A stretch of DNA of 63,263 bases, the filler included, from Octopus bimaculoides (taxonomy: Eukaryota): assembly GCF_001194135.2 (NCBI RefSeq). It is 5 parts of 5 records of this genome, joined end to end, with 100 filler letters (N's around TTAATTAATTAA, not from the genome) between each part and the next. Parts side by side here need not be neighbours in the genome. Positions count along the whole stretch, not along the records: positions 26,750 to 49,006 come from NC_068990.1; positions 49,107 to 60,307 come from NC_068987.1; positions 60,408 to 61,858 come from NW_026368972.1; positions 61,959 to 63,263 come from NC_068994.1; 1 more part is not named here. One strand, 5' to 3'. The translations under genes were made by a program, and so were the position numbers. This document shows positions 48,948 through 63,263 of this stretch, in pieces (the first letter of the stretch is position 1; the number at the start of each line of letters is the position of its first letter). Below the pieces are notes generated by a model, which saw nothing but the letters and a program-made list of their open reading frames with translations, searched no databases and was not told the origin of the DNA.

Positions 48948-49134
48948 CTTCTCACGGACGTGCTGTCACATCGGCTGCGAAGGTAAACGTTTATTTGACC
49001 TTTTATNNNNNNNNNNNNNNNNNNNNNNNNNNNNNNNNNNNNNNNNNNNNTTAATTAATTAANNNNNNNNNNNNNNNNNNNNNNNNNNNNNNNNNNNNNN
49101 NNNNNNTAGGGTTATTTTTTAACAAGTTATTATC

Positions 49135-49187
<53 letters not shown>

Positions 49188-49192
<5 letters not shown>

Positions 49193-49257
49193 ATGCAATA
49201 GTGATTAAGAGCGTGGGCTACTAACCCCAAGATTGCAAGTCCAATTCCAGGCAGCGA

Positions 49258-49312
<55 letters not shown>
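49188..49312 (+). mobile_element. 5' half of a PLE-tRNA-HHR module (tRNA-like head plus (AAT)n)
   Basis: gtgattaagagcgtgggctactaaccccaagattgcaagtccaattccaggcagcgacctgaat(aat)n matches 40425-40500. Confidence 0.8.
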
Positions 49313-50459
<1,147 letters not shown>

Positions 50460-50469
50460 NNNNNNNNNN

Positions 50470-52361
50470 CTTAGAGACTGCAAGAGGAGGAAAAATAACT
50501 TAGCCATGTCACGGATCGACTATCGTAATGTGGACCATATGATCCAACATTCTTCGATTATGGAGTGTATAAACATATTTGGTATTGCATCGAATGTTGA
50601 GCGATTGCACGGAAAAAGTATGCCGAATTGGAGGACGGACCTGACAGCATACGGAAGAAGTTTGGGGACAGTAGAAATTAGGAGAGGCATCTTCTAAGGG
50701 GAGTGCTTGTCCCCACTGATCTTTGTGCTGTGCTTAATACCACTAACGCTGATTCTGAGGAAAGCAAAAGCTGAGTATGTATTCAAAAGATGCCGACAAA
50801 AAGTCAATCATTTGTTATTCATGGACGACTTCAAACTTTATGGTAAAGTGTAATCCCATGTCCGCTCCCTCGTTGATACAGGGTATATCTTCAGTGCTGA
50901 TATCAGAAAAGAGTTAGGACAGAGAAAGTGTGGTGTGTTAGACTTCTTGAAGAGAGGCAAAATCAAATGTATGGACGGGCTAACGATACCGTCAGGGGAG
51001 GTTATGAAGTAGATAGAAGAGATGGCCTATACGTACTTGGAGATTTTGGAAATGGATAAATTGATGGAGAAAGAAATGACAGAAATATTTTAGGTAGAGT
51101 ACTTTTCGAAGACTCAGACTGCTACTTAAGTCGAAATTAAACGGACGGAATAAAATCGAAGCTATCAACACCTGGACGGTTTCACACTTTAGATATGGAG
51201 CAGGGGTAATCGTATGGACAGTAGACAAACTAAACAGCTTAGACAGAAAAACAAGGAAGTTACTAACTAGATATGGGTCACTCCACCTAAAAAGTGACAA
51301 TGACAGTCTGTATGTACCAAGAAAAAGAGGGGGAATACGGCCTATTGCAAACACAGCATTAGAGCAGAAAATAACAATATAGCATGGTATCTAAAAATGC
51401 CACAGAGCCGACATTATTAGAAGTAAGAAGTGTCAGGTGTGTGTAGAATGAAAAATTGCAAAGATAAAATACTATACAAGAAACTGAAAACGAATGAAAC
51501 TGAAAATAGGTGGATAAAGAAAAGAATGCATGGTCAATTTCATAGAGATGTTGAAGATAAAACCGGACCGACAGAGAAAAGCAGATGGCTGTTGATGACG
51601 AAAAGTGATTCATAACCGGAAAAGGAGTCTCTAATCTGTGCTACCCAAGTGCGAGCACCAAGAACAAAATACATAAAATATACAATAGACAACACAATAG
51701 AAAGTGATAAGTGCAGAATCTGTGAACAAAGCGGTGAAACCATATGGCATATTACCAGCCAATGTACGCCACTAGCACAGAACGAATATAAGACAAACCA
51801 CGACAGTATAGCCAGACGTGTCCGTTGGACACTTTGCAAAAAGTATGGACTTGGTAGAGCAACAAATTAGTACGACCAAAAATTGGTAGGAAGGTAACGT
51901 CGAAAATAGATATGCAAAGATTCTATGGGATTTTATCATTCAGTGCGACCAAGAGATAGAGAATAGGAAGCCGGACATAGTAATTGAGAAAGAAAACAAA
52001 CTATGCTGGATCATAGATATAGCACGCCCAGCTGACAACAAGGTATGCGATAAGGAAGAAAGAAAAGTCGACAGATATGACATGCTAGCTTTTGTAGTTA
52101 AGCAGTTGTGGTCGATGAAACATGTAGCAGTAGTCCCAATAATTATCGGAGCCCTGGAACAGTGAGCAAAAATCTCGAGAAATACGTGGAACAAATAGAG
52201 ACTGCAATAAGTGTGGAGCACTCGCAGAAAAAATAGCACTGCTTGGAATCGCATGAATACTCCGGAAAGGGGCTCGAAAAATAAGAGGTGTTACCTTAGT
52301 TCACTGGTAGTGAACAGCTGACTCTGTAGTACATCTCCAGCGTTAGAAGCTGTGCAAAGGC

Positions 52362-52420
<59 letters not shown>
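50470..52420 (+). mobile_element. R4/Dong-like LINE D2 (RT, CCHC knuckle, restriction-like endonuclease, (AAT)n tail)
   Basis: HLLFMDDFKLYG; CRICEQSGETIWHITSQC; LWDF-IQCDQEIENRKPDIVI...IIDIA; VPIIIGAL. Confidence 0.9.
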
Positions 52421-52423
<3 letters not shown>

Positions 52424-52489
52424 TAACAACAACAACAACAACAACAACAACAGCAACAACAACAACAACAACAACTACAAAAATAATGA

Positions 52490-52680
52490 TAATAATACTA
52501 AAAACAACATCGAAAAATATCCAAGGAATGAGAAACCAGGTTCAAAAATTCCCTAAGACAGCTGTTGAAGGCTGGAGGGTATATCAACCGAAACGTTGGG
52601 TTAACAACAAACAAGATGTGGACAAATATCCGTCAAATGTAAATAATGGCAATAAGGTAAATGATGTAAATAATTCTTAA
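52490..52680 (+). mobile_element. 3' half of the PLE-tRNA-HHR module (HHR core decayed to CTGTTGA)
   Basis: acaacatcgaaaaata...aggctggagggtatatcaaccGAAACGTT...caaatatccgtcaaatgtaaataat matches 40500-40650. Confidence 0.8.
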
Positions 52681-53809
52681 CACACCTATTCAGCATCGGC
52701 TTAACATTTTTCAAAACACAGTCATTACTATAGGATATTTAATAAACATAGTGTTAGATTGACCACATCTAATAGCAAACATCTACCACAAATTATAGCA
52801 GCACACTAAGCTGGGAGATTAAACAGTTTCTATATAAACAATAACAACAATAGTAACCAGAATAATAATAGCATAGGTCGATAAATAGCAACAATATCAA
52901 CAACATTGTAGAAACGGTAAGTAAAATAACTAGATATCATGATAGAAACTATGGCTTGGCAAACCAAAAAATTGAAGCTACACGAACAAGCTCCCGCATT
53001 AGCCTGGACGAGGAAAATTTGAATCCTATGAAGCGCAGTACTCAGCATATTGTCTATGTGAGAAAGAGTAATAATTTAGAAGATGAACAGGAGGATTTAG
53101 AACGCATTACTTGTGAAGCAAAGGGAGTAATTGTAAGTAGTGGAACTATCAAATGCGATTGTACAAAGAACAGAACGATTAAACAAATGATTCAATGGGC
53201 ACAGATATGACATCGGGCACAATAACAGTAGTTCAATAGAACTCGCCGATCATTTTACATCAAATGGTTGCAATTTTCAAAAATACTTAAAAGTGCCATA
53301 TTCTCAGAAAATATTCTGAATCTGCTCCACTTTTCGTTCTCAAAATCCATGAAGTGAATAGGTGTTTGTTAGAGATTAACGTCACGACCTGAAGGGTTGT
53401 ACAAAATTACAGGGGAATTTCGTCACATTTACACATAACTGTTTGATTAANNNNNNNNNNNNNNNNNNNNNNNNNNNNNNNNNNNNNNNNNNNNNNNNNN
53501 NNNNNNNNNNNNNNNNNNNNNNNNNNNNNNNNNNNNNNNNNNNNNNNNNNNNNNNNNNNNNNNNNNNNNNNNNNNNNNNNNNNNNNNNNNNNNNNNNNNN
53601 NNNNNNNNNNNNNNNNNNNNNNNNNNNNNNNNNNNNNNNNNNNNNNNNNNNNNNNNNNNNNNNNNNNNNNNNNNNNNNNNNNNNNNNNNNNNNNNNNNNN
53701 NNNNNNNNNNNNNNNNNNNNNNNNNNNNNNNNNNNNNNNNNNNNNNNNNNNNNNNNNNNNNNNNNNNNNNNNNNNNNNNNNNNNNNNNNNNNNNNNNNNN
53801 NNNNNNNNN

Positions 53810-53854
<45 letters not shown>

Positions 53855-53880
53855 ATGATATTATTATTATTATTATTATT

Positions 53881-53946
<66 letters not shown>

Positions 53947-53974
53947 AAGAAGAAGAAGAAGAAGAAGAAGAAGA
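53810..53974. repeat. Compound microsatellite (GAT)n-(ATT)n-(AAT)n-(AAG)n
   Basis: Directly visible. Confidence 0.95.
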
Positions 53975-54699
53975 CCATGGATGTCCTACACCGGCGCTCC
54001 ATTCAAAAAGAAATCTAATCTAATAATCTGGAATGGGATAAAGGAACATGTAGATGACTTGAAGGAAGCGGTCTTTTGGCGAAAATTATCACAAAATCGA
54101 AAGTTCACTGCCGTATAAAACATAGTTCCTCCCATGCACAACATCTCAGTGAAACAAGTGCGAAGAAACACGCGAAATCAACACCGGAAAGTTTACAAAT
54201 TTTAGGATATAAATGGAACAAAACAGAAAGTACATAAATTGAGTAATTACGCATACACTCGAATGTCTACAAAATCATATATACATTTTAATACCCATAG
54301 GACCACACATACATCCAAATGTTTACACAACTACGCAAAATTTACAGGACATGCATGCACGTGTCCGTTTTTTTTAACTAACATAAAAGGATTGAACAAT
54401 TCATCAGTTTAAAAACGCCTCAAGAGTCTATGCCAGGAGATAAATCTATCAACAATAAAAAAAATTACAGACGAATACAGATTTGTTAGATTTAAGAAGA
54501 GACGCTAAGAGCAATGTCTACATGCAGAGAATTCGGAAACAGACATATTCGTCTCGGAATGTCAGCATCCAGGCTCGTTATGCATCAGTGTTAACAATGC
54601 AAAATACAAACTGAACCTGTCGTCAGCCGGAATACCAAAGGTCGCGTAATCGAATGTTGAACCATATTTGATTCGAAAAATCAGCTACTAGATAAAACC

Positions 54700-56815
54700 T
54701 TGCCTAAATTGAGGAGCTGGAAGTACCTCACAATCGGAATTTTCCAACAAATGCCTATCCATGTTTGTCATCAAATAACAAAAAAGACAAAGAATGAAAA
54801 ATGGTATCGGGAGGTAATAAAGAAATTCTTACGACCTTCTATCATGCCATATATTTCTCCACAAATAAATCTGATATTGTACAAATCTACTTAAACTGGA
54901 GACAGACACATCTTGAAGTAACGCTCAACATAGACAGTAACATACTTGCTAATGTCAGAAGACACATTATGAAAAAGAAATTACAAATGGAATTAGAGAT
55001 TGATCAAATTAAACAATCAGTAAGGGATAAAAGGAATCAAGTTGTAGCTAAAGAATATACTACAGATGAGACAATTATAGACCAGTCCTGCACTGATTAA
55101 AATGCAATAATGATTGAAAGAGTCAATGTGACTGCTTAGCAAAGTGAAATACTCTCTGAACCAAACCATAAGGCAGATGAAAATCAAATGCATGAAGAAA
55201 GTCACACAGACATTGACCCAATAGAACAACTACTTGATCTACTAAATCAAATGAGGATTGAATGGCTGAAAATTAAAGAAACCAATACGAATGAACGCGA
55301 CAAACTCGCACAAATTCGCAATTGTAACCAAAAACTGAAAATAATTGGTAAAATTCGTCTGGCACTTATGTATATAATCATGTCTATATTACTGATCGCA
55401 TCTACCTGCACAATGCATGCTCGAAAATTTTAACGATCCGATGTTGTGAAAATATTAGAAAGTGACTACATTACTACAAAATGTGTACTTGGTAAAAGCG
55501 TATTCAACGTCAAATTCGGGTCTGACATAGAATTTTTAAGAAACCTCAAGCTTCAAAACACTGTCAAACCAACAAAAGTCCCAAAATTAAAGAAAATATA
55601 TAATATGAAAAACATAATTGACATCGATACCACCATAGAAACCATCAAACGAAAGGTGTGTGCTAGAGCTGCCCGCATAGCAAGATATGAAAAGTGCATT
55701 AGATTCTTAAAGGACAACAATAAATTCAAAAATAACTTATAAAATTTTTACAGGAAGATAGGGAAAATACCAGTAACAGTAAAGTTTGTGCCATCGAACG
55801 AAGTACAGCAATTTTGGAATAAAATTCGGCCAGAATAAAAGACACACAATGAAAACGCCCCTTCGATTGATAGAATATCTACAGAATTAGAGTCCTTAGA
55901 AGACCAAAAGTGGGAGCGTATCAAAGTAGAAGATGTAAGATCTGCTTTTAGGAAGTCAAGCAACTGGAATTCTCCAGGAAAAAATATAATTCCTAACATC
56001 TGGTTGAATAGCTTCCTAGAGAGCCATGAACTGCCAACAAATCTTCACAACAATGTTTTGAATCAACCTTGTATGATTCTCGCATGGATAGTTAATAGTG
56101 TGACATTCTTACTTCCCAAATATGAAGAAACAAATAAACCAAAAATTTTTAGACCCATAACCTGCTTAACAACAATGTATAAAGTACTAACATCTGTCTT
56201 GGCTGAATACAACTATAGTTTGTTTGTTTTTTTTTAATAGAAAGTGGAATATACGCCGATGAGCGAAAAGGATGTAAACGTAGGTGATGTGGTTGTAAAG
56301 ATCAGCTGCTCATCAATAAGATGAACTTGGAAGATTGTCAAAAACTTGTCAATAGCTTGGAGAGACTATAAAAAGCTTTTGAAAGTCTACCACATGGCTG
56401 GATTAATAAATGTATGGGAATATATAAAATGGCATGTACTCTGCGAAACCTCTTATAGGTATGAGATCATGGAGAAGCTCACTGACTATGAAAAGTTATA
56501 ATGAATCTCTCAAACATGGAGATGTAAGAATTTCATGTGGCACTTTCCAGTTTGGCTCTCTAGCACTACTTCTCTTTTGTTTATCCTTAATGCCTATCTC
56601 GAAATTGCTCGATAAAAAATTGTTTGATAAGAAATTGTTTGATAAAAATAGAAATCATCTCTTTTACATGGATGATTTAAAGCTCTTTCCAAAAAATGAC
56701 CAACAACTATAGGCGTTACTAGCAATTGTTAAACAATTCATTGGCCTCAATAAATGTGCGAAAGCTATCTTTATCAAAAGAAAAATGACAGAAACATCCA
56801 ATGTTAATCATGACC
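54700..56815 (+). mobile_element. R4/Dong-like LINE D3 (N-terminal region and RT), 3'-truncated, degraded
   Basis: ILANVRRHIMKK; ARAARIARYEK; FWNKI; SSNWNSPG; FRPITCLTTMYKVLTSVLA; HLFYMDDLKLF (YMDD 56665-56676). The 5' boundary may extend toward 54000. Confidence 0.85.
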
Positions 56816-56819
56816 AGCA

Positions 56820-57827
56820 GAAAGTCATATGATGGAAACAAACTAGGACAACAGAGGAACTGATCGGCAAATAAAACCCCACGGTCTCGCACGGCAGCCA
56901 TTGGAAAGGAGAACGTTTGTACTGACCATTGTCCTGATGAAAAAAAGGCATATTTCGTGAGTTTTCCTCGATAGTTGGTCCAAACAGTCATTCGTAACTG
57001 CCTCGTTAAGTTGGCATAATAATCTTCATTGACAGTGTGGCCATTTTGATAATAGTCAATAAACACTATGCTTTTCCATCCCAAACGACTAAGGTCATAA
57101 ACATCCCTGCAGATGAGACAGCATTGATCTATTTGGAGCAGACAAGGAGGGCTGCTTCCTTGCCTTTATTGTCTGTGTCTTTGGTTCAAAGTGATGAACA
57201 CAACATTCATCCTAACTTAGGAAACGTTCAAGGAAACCAGCTGGATCTCGCTACAAAAATGTTGGAGTTTCCTTTGATGTAATTAGACTGGTCTGCCCTT
57301 GATCAGATGTCAGAAGACGTGACGCCCACCGAGCAGAATCCTGCATCATGCTAAGTTCATTGCGCACAATAATCTCAAATCTATCACGAGATATGCTAAC
57401 GGCATTGGATATTTGATTTTAGTCAATCACCTATCATCTATTATCACGAGGTGATGAAGACAATCAATGTAGCACTTGGTGTCATGTTCAAGACTCTCCT
57501 GTCCCATCCTTGATTGAACTGCCCACTTTCCCGTGGTTGATAAAGCCGGAGAGTCATCTCCTAATGTAGCAGTTATGCCAGCTTGAATGTCGTTGAAGGT
57601 TAAGCCCTTTTGCCACTGCTATTCATAACATAACGATGCTAAATCGTGTCCACTTTCAAGAGAATTCGGAACTAGTTAAATTTGAAGAGTTCGAACAGTT
57701 AGATATCAGTTTACTTCGAAGGACAAAATGAAGTTATCAATAAAAATAGTTCAAATTAATTCATGCAAGTTGTCACAGTTCTAGCATTACTTCATAGTTA
57801 GCCTATGATATTTTCAGCCTTCCCTCA
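56820..57827 (-). mobile_element. Mariner element, degraded transposase, 5' TIR present, 3' end missing
   Basis: TA|tgagggaaggctgaaaa TIR at 57827; segments resembling ATLGDDSPALST-GKWA, SARW-SRLLT, FEPKT and FWD-KSIVFIDYYQNGHTVNEDYYANL; ends in a decayed YSPDLAPS-like segment. Confidence 0.85.
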
Positions 57828-58832
57828 TATAGGAGACTAAGTGAATATGATATAAATTGATAGAACGACATGCTTTATTTAAAATCATGGTTGCTTCGAC
57901 ACATTTCTATCCCTGTAATACAATGACAAAACAATATAATTTACCTGTTGTGTAATTACTATCCTCCATCCAGGATGTAGGATGTGCTCATCATATGATA
58001 GAATAAATAAGTGCTTCGTTATATTATACGATCATTTCACACAGTGTGAGAATGCACAGACAACAGAAGTTAGAGGCAAAAGTAAACCTACAGATACAGT
58101 GATAGAAAAATGCGATTACAATAAAAATACAAAATACTGAAATAAGGAAACAGCCACAAAAATAAAGTGTCTGGCTGACTATAAATTAAAATTCTATTTC
58201 CATAGTTAGACTCTAAGGAATAAATTGCAAACAGAATGAAGGATATAATAAAATTAAGCATTGAAAGATAGTAAAGTTGCTAAAATGCTGAAGACTAGCC
58301 ATCTCTGAGCTCATCAATTGTTGCTTTAAAAGATTTCATATTTCAACAACTGGCTATTTTGCACTCAGATCAGCTTCTATTTAAACTTAATTATGACAAA
58401 CTAGCTTTTATATGTTTTTTGTTGCAATTAAAATAAGATAGTAGGTATATTCGCTTTATCACCTTATTATCTCTAAACGTTTAATTGTATCTTATTCATC
58501 CCTTTTGCACTTTCTCCCTTACAGTTTGACCATACAGATAAAATAGTAATTTAGAGTTGGTCTGAAACTTTTTACTATGCGTGTCTCTTCCTTTGTGTGA
58601 TTTTTATTTTGATTCAATTCGTATTGTGTTTATCACTAAGACTTACGGTTTAGTCTTGTTTGTAAACTACTGAAAAGAATACATACCTTTGGATATCCAT
58701 TCTCACAATGAGTGAAATGACAGAACGTTCTAATGAAGGAAAATATTACACCTTGGATGGATGCTACTAATTACACATGTTAATAATATCATATCTTCAA
58801 TGTGCTACGACGGTACAATGTGTCCCAACAAT

Positions 58833-58952
<120 letters not shown>

Positions 58953-60208
58953 AACATATACACACACATATATGTATATACATATATGCGCGCGCGTGTG
59001 TTTGTGTGTGCATGTGCGTCTCTGAGTGACTTTATGACGTCTTCAGTATCCGCTTATACTTGTGCCTCTGATAATACGCCCGTGACCATGCGCAGATGCA
59101 TGCATTGTAACAAAAATCCATTGATTTATTTCTCTGGTGTCGATTTGCCTACACTCCCTTCTCATTGCTGTTATCTGCAATTCAGCGAACCCGCGATAGA
59201 CCATTTCGAAAGATGTATTTAATGATGGCATCTCCAGTAATTGACTAAAAATTAAAATGTTTCATAGGCACATAGGTGTGGGTAATCATTCAAACACTGT
59301 AGACTGAAATCTAACTTCATAATTCTGCAGAAACGCTGCTATCTACTAATTGTATAATATAGTGTTGAATCAGTTTGCAAATCACTAGCGTAATTAAATT
59401 GATTTGTATATCAGTCTGTTCAACAACATCGTACCAATTTACGTTAGAAGAGGATTTCACACAACTAGAAAGTGTTTCGCCAAATAGCTGGTGAGACGTT
59501 TCTCTTATGAGTTATCACCATTATCAACGTGATGATCAACGAAGACGACACTGATACACGTTGCATCCCTACAGAACACGTTCTTAACAAAATCACGTCG
59601 CTATCATCAAAACCATCAACAAATATAATTCACCATACTTTACATATATTCGTAATATTACGTCTTTCTAAAATGCTTGGTTCTTCGCATTCTCTGTCCT
59701 TCGATATGTGAAATTTCTCTTCAGACTTTCTTCATTTGTTTCCTTTCCTCATCCTTTATTCCTTTCACTCCTATTTGAAGCTACTTTCTTCATTTCAGAT
59801 GGTCGTTGTCGACGTCTTCATTTCTCTTGGAATGCATATCACTTCTTTCACACATATTGGAACATCTCGCTCAAATAAACATAATCCAAACTCGCTTTTC
59901 CCCTTCCCACGAATTAGATTCTAGCAGTCAACACATCACAAGCATTAAGTTGCAAACGACACTCGCATAAATATAGACATAAATATACACACGTACATAC
60001 GCATGCATGCATTCACATCCACTCATGCATACCAGCGTACACATAACTACTATAACATTCATAAACATGTATTACGAAGTTATAACTACATACACACTTA
60101 CACAGGGACAGTTATCACTGGCACAGATATATAAAACGCAATGAATAATCATATATACATATATACACACACAAAGCGAGAGAGAAAAAAGATAGATTGA
60201 TTGATTGC

Positions 60209-60258
<50 letters not shown>

Positions 60259-60408
60259 TGTATATGTGTGAGTGTGTGTGCGTGTATGTGTCAATGACAT
60301 ATATATANNNNNNNNNNNNNNNNNNNNNNNNNNNNNNNNNNNNNNNNNNNNTTAATTAATTAANNNNNNNNNNNNNNNNNNNNNNNNNNNNNNNNNNNNN
60401 NNNNNNNA

Positions 60409-61532
60409 TAGAAATCCAACATTGCTTGATGTAATATCTGAACTCAGTGAATTAGGGAGATTTTTTTCCACCTTTTTTTGGCATGGATTTTTTTTTCAAC
60501 TTTGAAAATGGATAGGAGTTTCATGCTATCAAGCAGTGATTCCGAATTTAAAGGTTTTCCAAAGGAAAATATGGAGATATCGAGAAAAAGAATGAATGAA
60601 GTACAAAAGCATGTGGTGTACAAGAATGAATGGAATATTTCTGTATCCGAAAGCGAAAGCAGCAATTCTGAAGAAACTGGAAGCGGCGATAGCGACAGCA
60701 AAGACAAATTTACATCGGAATTAAGTGAAAACTTTAAAAATGTTTTTATTAGCAATTTTTCTGAGGTGATGGGGACCTATCCATACTCTTTCTTAGGAAG
60801 CGAAACCGTTAGACTTTTATTTTTTTTCAGTATGCTTGTTTGAAGCTATCACTGTGGAAACAAACTGTTAAGCAGAATGTAAACAAACAGTATATACCAG
60901 GAAAGCCCACGAAATGGGGGATCAAAGTTTGGAAAATTTGTGAAGCAAATACTGGGTACTGCTGTGGATTTAGTTTTTATACAAGGAAAATAATGTTAGT
61001 CAGCATGGCCTAGGGTACGATGTGGTCTGGAATTTATCACTTCCATACCATAACCAGGGCCGTATATAATTTTTTGACCAATTTTTTTAGTTTGGTCAAA
61101 CTTGTAGTGGATTCCAGCATTTCAGTTTATTTCACCTTTATGGTACACCTGTTCTGCTGTGCATTAAATTCAACTGATAATCTAGTGATGTGCACAATTT
61201 TTCCTATATCAAAATTTTGTTGCATACCCAATTGAATATTAGCTGATGATTCATTTTCTATGGTGATGTTTAAACAAAATTTTAATATTTTTACCTTTTG
61301 CTCAGTTTACCTAGATTTACCTGTAATTAGAATCACTTTGAGACAAAAGTTATGCAATAGAATTGATGAAGAACCCTTTCTTTAATTATGTTCCAAATGT
61401 CACATTAATATGTTGATAAGTAAAAAGTTACAGTTGCTTAATGAAACTAGTCTAAATTCATGATTATTTTAGAATTTAATTGAAACTCATGAAGAGTGTA
61501 TTTTGGTCAGAAATATAATAACGAAAGGGTTA
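60409..61532 (+). mobile_element. piggyBac-like remnant (acidic N-terminus, partial transposase core, right end GGG-TTAA)
   Basis: SSSDSEFKGF...SESESSNSEE; KQYIPGKPTKWGIKVWKICEANTGYC; HGLGYDVVWNL; aaagggttaa at 61523-61532. Confidence 0.7.
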
Positions 61533-62449
61533 ATAGTTCCAAACACTTTCTCAGAAGAGATATATTAAAATCCTGTCCCTTGCCATTGAACTTGTTTGGA
61601 TGGCATGTTGTGGAACACCACTCTTCTACTCACCCCATATCCATATTCACCATTCACATCAAAATCTAATTCCAAAAAGAGGATGAAAGAGTTAGTGAGA
61701 GAGGATCATTTGAGATATCTAAATGGAGTCAACTCTGTGGTGGTACCACTGCTGGTTTAACAAATGTCTGTACAGTTATTAAATGTCCCTTAACCAATTT
61801 CTAGGCCTTAGCAGACATTGAATATTTCAATGAGACTTAATAACACTGTATCGATTATNNNNNNNNNNNNNNNNNNNNNNNNNNNNNNNNNNNNNNNNNN
61901 NNTTAATTAATTAANNNNNNNNNNNNNNNNNNNNNNNNNNNNNNNNNNNNNNNNNNNNAAGTAGCATGACTAGCTGGCTGAAGATGCCTGTCAAGCTCTC
62001 ACAAACATATATATTTCTAGTGAAACACATTCACTGATTGCAAAAATTAGAAATGATCTAATTATAAATCTCATAAGCAGCAGAGAAAAGACTCAGAAAC
62101 ATGTCCCTGAATGCAGGCTAGGCTGGGTGGAGGTGCTTGTCTACCCCTCATAAACATAAGGACACAGGAAATGTGTCAAGGCCGACAGGAAGCGGTCCAG
62201 CTTCCTAGAGCTAAATAGCAGCAGTATGATTCCCTTATTGGGACTGTCACGTTAAGTTGACAGTATACAGCTGCTTTATCGTAACACTACTGCTTAAATC
62301 TCTTAACTAGAATTAAATCCTTTCTAATTTATATATGTATATTGAAATAAACACAGACGCGCACACACAGACCCCCCATACACATACGCACAGACACATG
62401 CCTACGTAATGGCCTGCTAACAACACTGTCTGTGTATATATACACTGTT

Positions 62450-62837
62450 GATATGTAATATCTTGCCAGATTGGTTTTAGGGCCTTTTCTATTTTGTCTG
62501 TCGACATTATTTCGATTTTTCTCTCTTCTATTGAATACACTTTATAAATAATTGTTTTTTCCTGCATTCCTTTCATGACTTTTTGAAGTGGTGACAACTT
62601 TACATCGCCACCTTCTCCGCGCAACATCTTCTCGTAGTTCTTCAACTTTGTTAAATTTACTTCCCTGTTTTCAACTTCCGCAACTCTTGAATAACTTTTC
62701 CTCTCGTCCATTTCTTCATCAATTTTTTTTATTGCTCTTACAAGTTCCTCTTCCGAGGAGGACAGTCCCGAAGAGCTGTAATCCTCGTACAACATCATTT
62801 TGACAACAAGCAAAAAACAGTTCACAAAAGTGTTCAA
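62450..62837 (-). CDS. Unidentified stop-free frame, possibly a retroelement ORF1/gag N-terminus, truncated
   Basis: About 120 non-repetitive codons (MMLYEDYSSSGLSSSEEELVRAIKKIDEEM...KALKPIWQDITY) on a purine-rich strand, ending abruptly in low-complexity sequence. Confidence 0.35.
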
Positions 62838-63263
62838 ATGAACACTAACACAAATTTTTAAACGATAAACAGCAATTTTAACTTACAAATGACAACAACC
62901 GTTCTGCTAATTTCCAAAACTACGAGTGTTCTAAGAAATTTCCTATAATTTCGATTTCTCATGTTTATTGAATTTTTTAACTCCAATTTCTCGCAAATTT
63001 AAATATTCATTACATTCACTGCAGAGTATTCCATTTTCACTTGCAAAGTCTCTTTACTTTCTCTTTTAATGTTTTCATTTCAAGTTTTAATTCGCTATTT
63101 GGAAAACCGACATGTATCCGTTATGAAAAAACATTATTTATTGAATGAAATTTTTTTAAATATCCGTATAATTTTTGTAAAATAAATTTAAAGTGATTTT
63201 GTTATTATGGCTGTTTGGGATGTTATACGCCTATCAATAATAACTATCCAACCGATTTTGACC

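Noticed and set aside
59414-59924. Plus-strand candidate exons at about 59414-59490 and from 59800
   Set aside because: Splicing them in the only open frame creates a TGA, and no homology is recognised.

Overview
AT-rich eukaryotic (animal) genomic DNA, very probably from an octopus. This is inferred from the recurring tRNA-derived SINE families, RTE 3' tails ending in (GAT)n and the very high (AT)n/(CA)n/(CATA)n/(AAT)n microsatellite load. The window has many N gaps and four artificial 44N-TTAATTAATTAA-44N scaffold linkers. I find no intact protein-coding gene; almost all listed ORFs are microsatellite or gap artefacts or transposon fragments. Recognisable content: RTE, RTE-BovB-like, CR1-like and three R4/Dong-like LINE remnants; two mariner and one piggyBac transposase remnant; pogo-like and hAT-like MITEs; many SINE copies; and one CpG-rich promoter-like island near 16.8 kb. 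The most striking signal is a set of minimal type-I hammerhead ribozyme (HHR) motifs from several unrelated Penelope-like (PLE) families, often as diverging inverted pairs. One family links a GIY-YIG C-terminus, a tRNA-like Pol III head, an (AAT)n tract and an HHR. Two of its copies begin at the tRNA-like head, like a SINE/retrozyme, and one copy has two Dong-like LINEs stacked inside its (AAT)n tract. Family names come from motif recognition by eye, with no database search.
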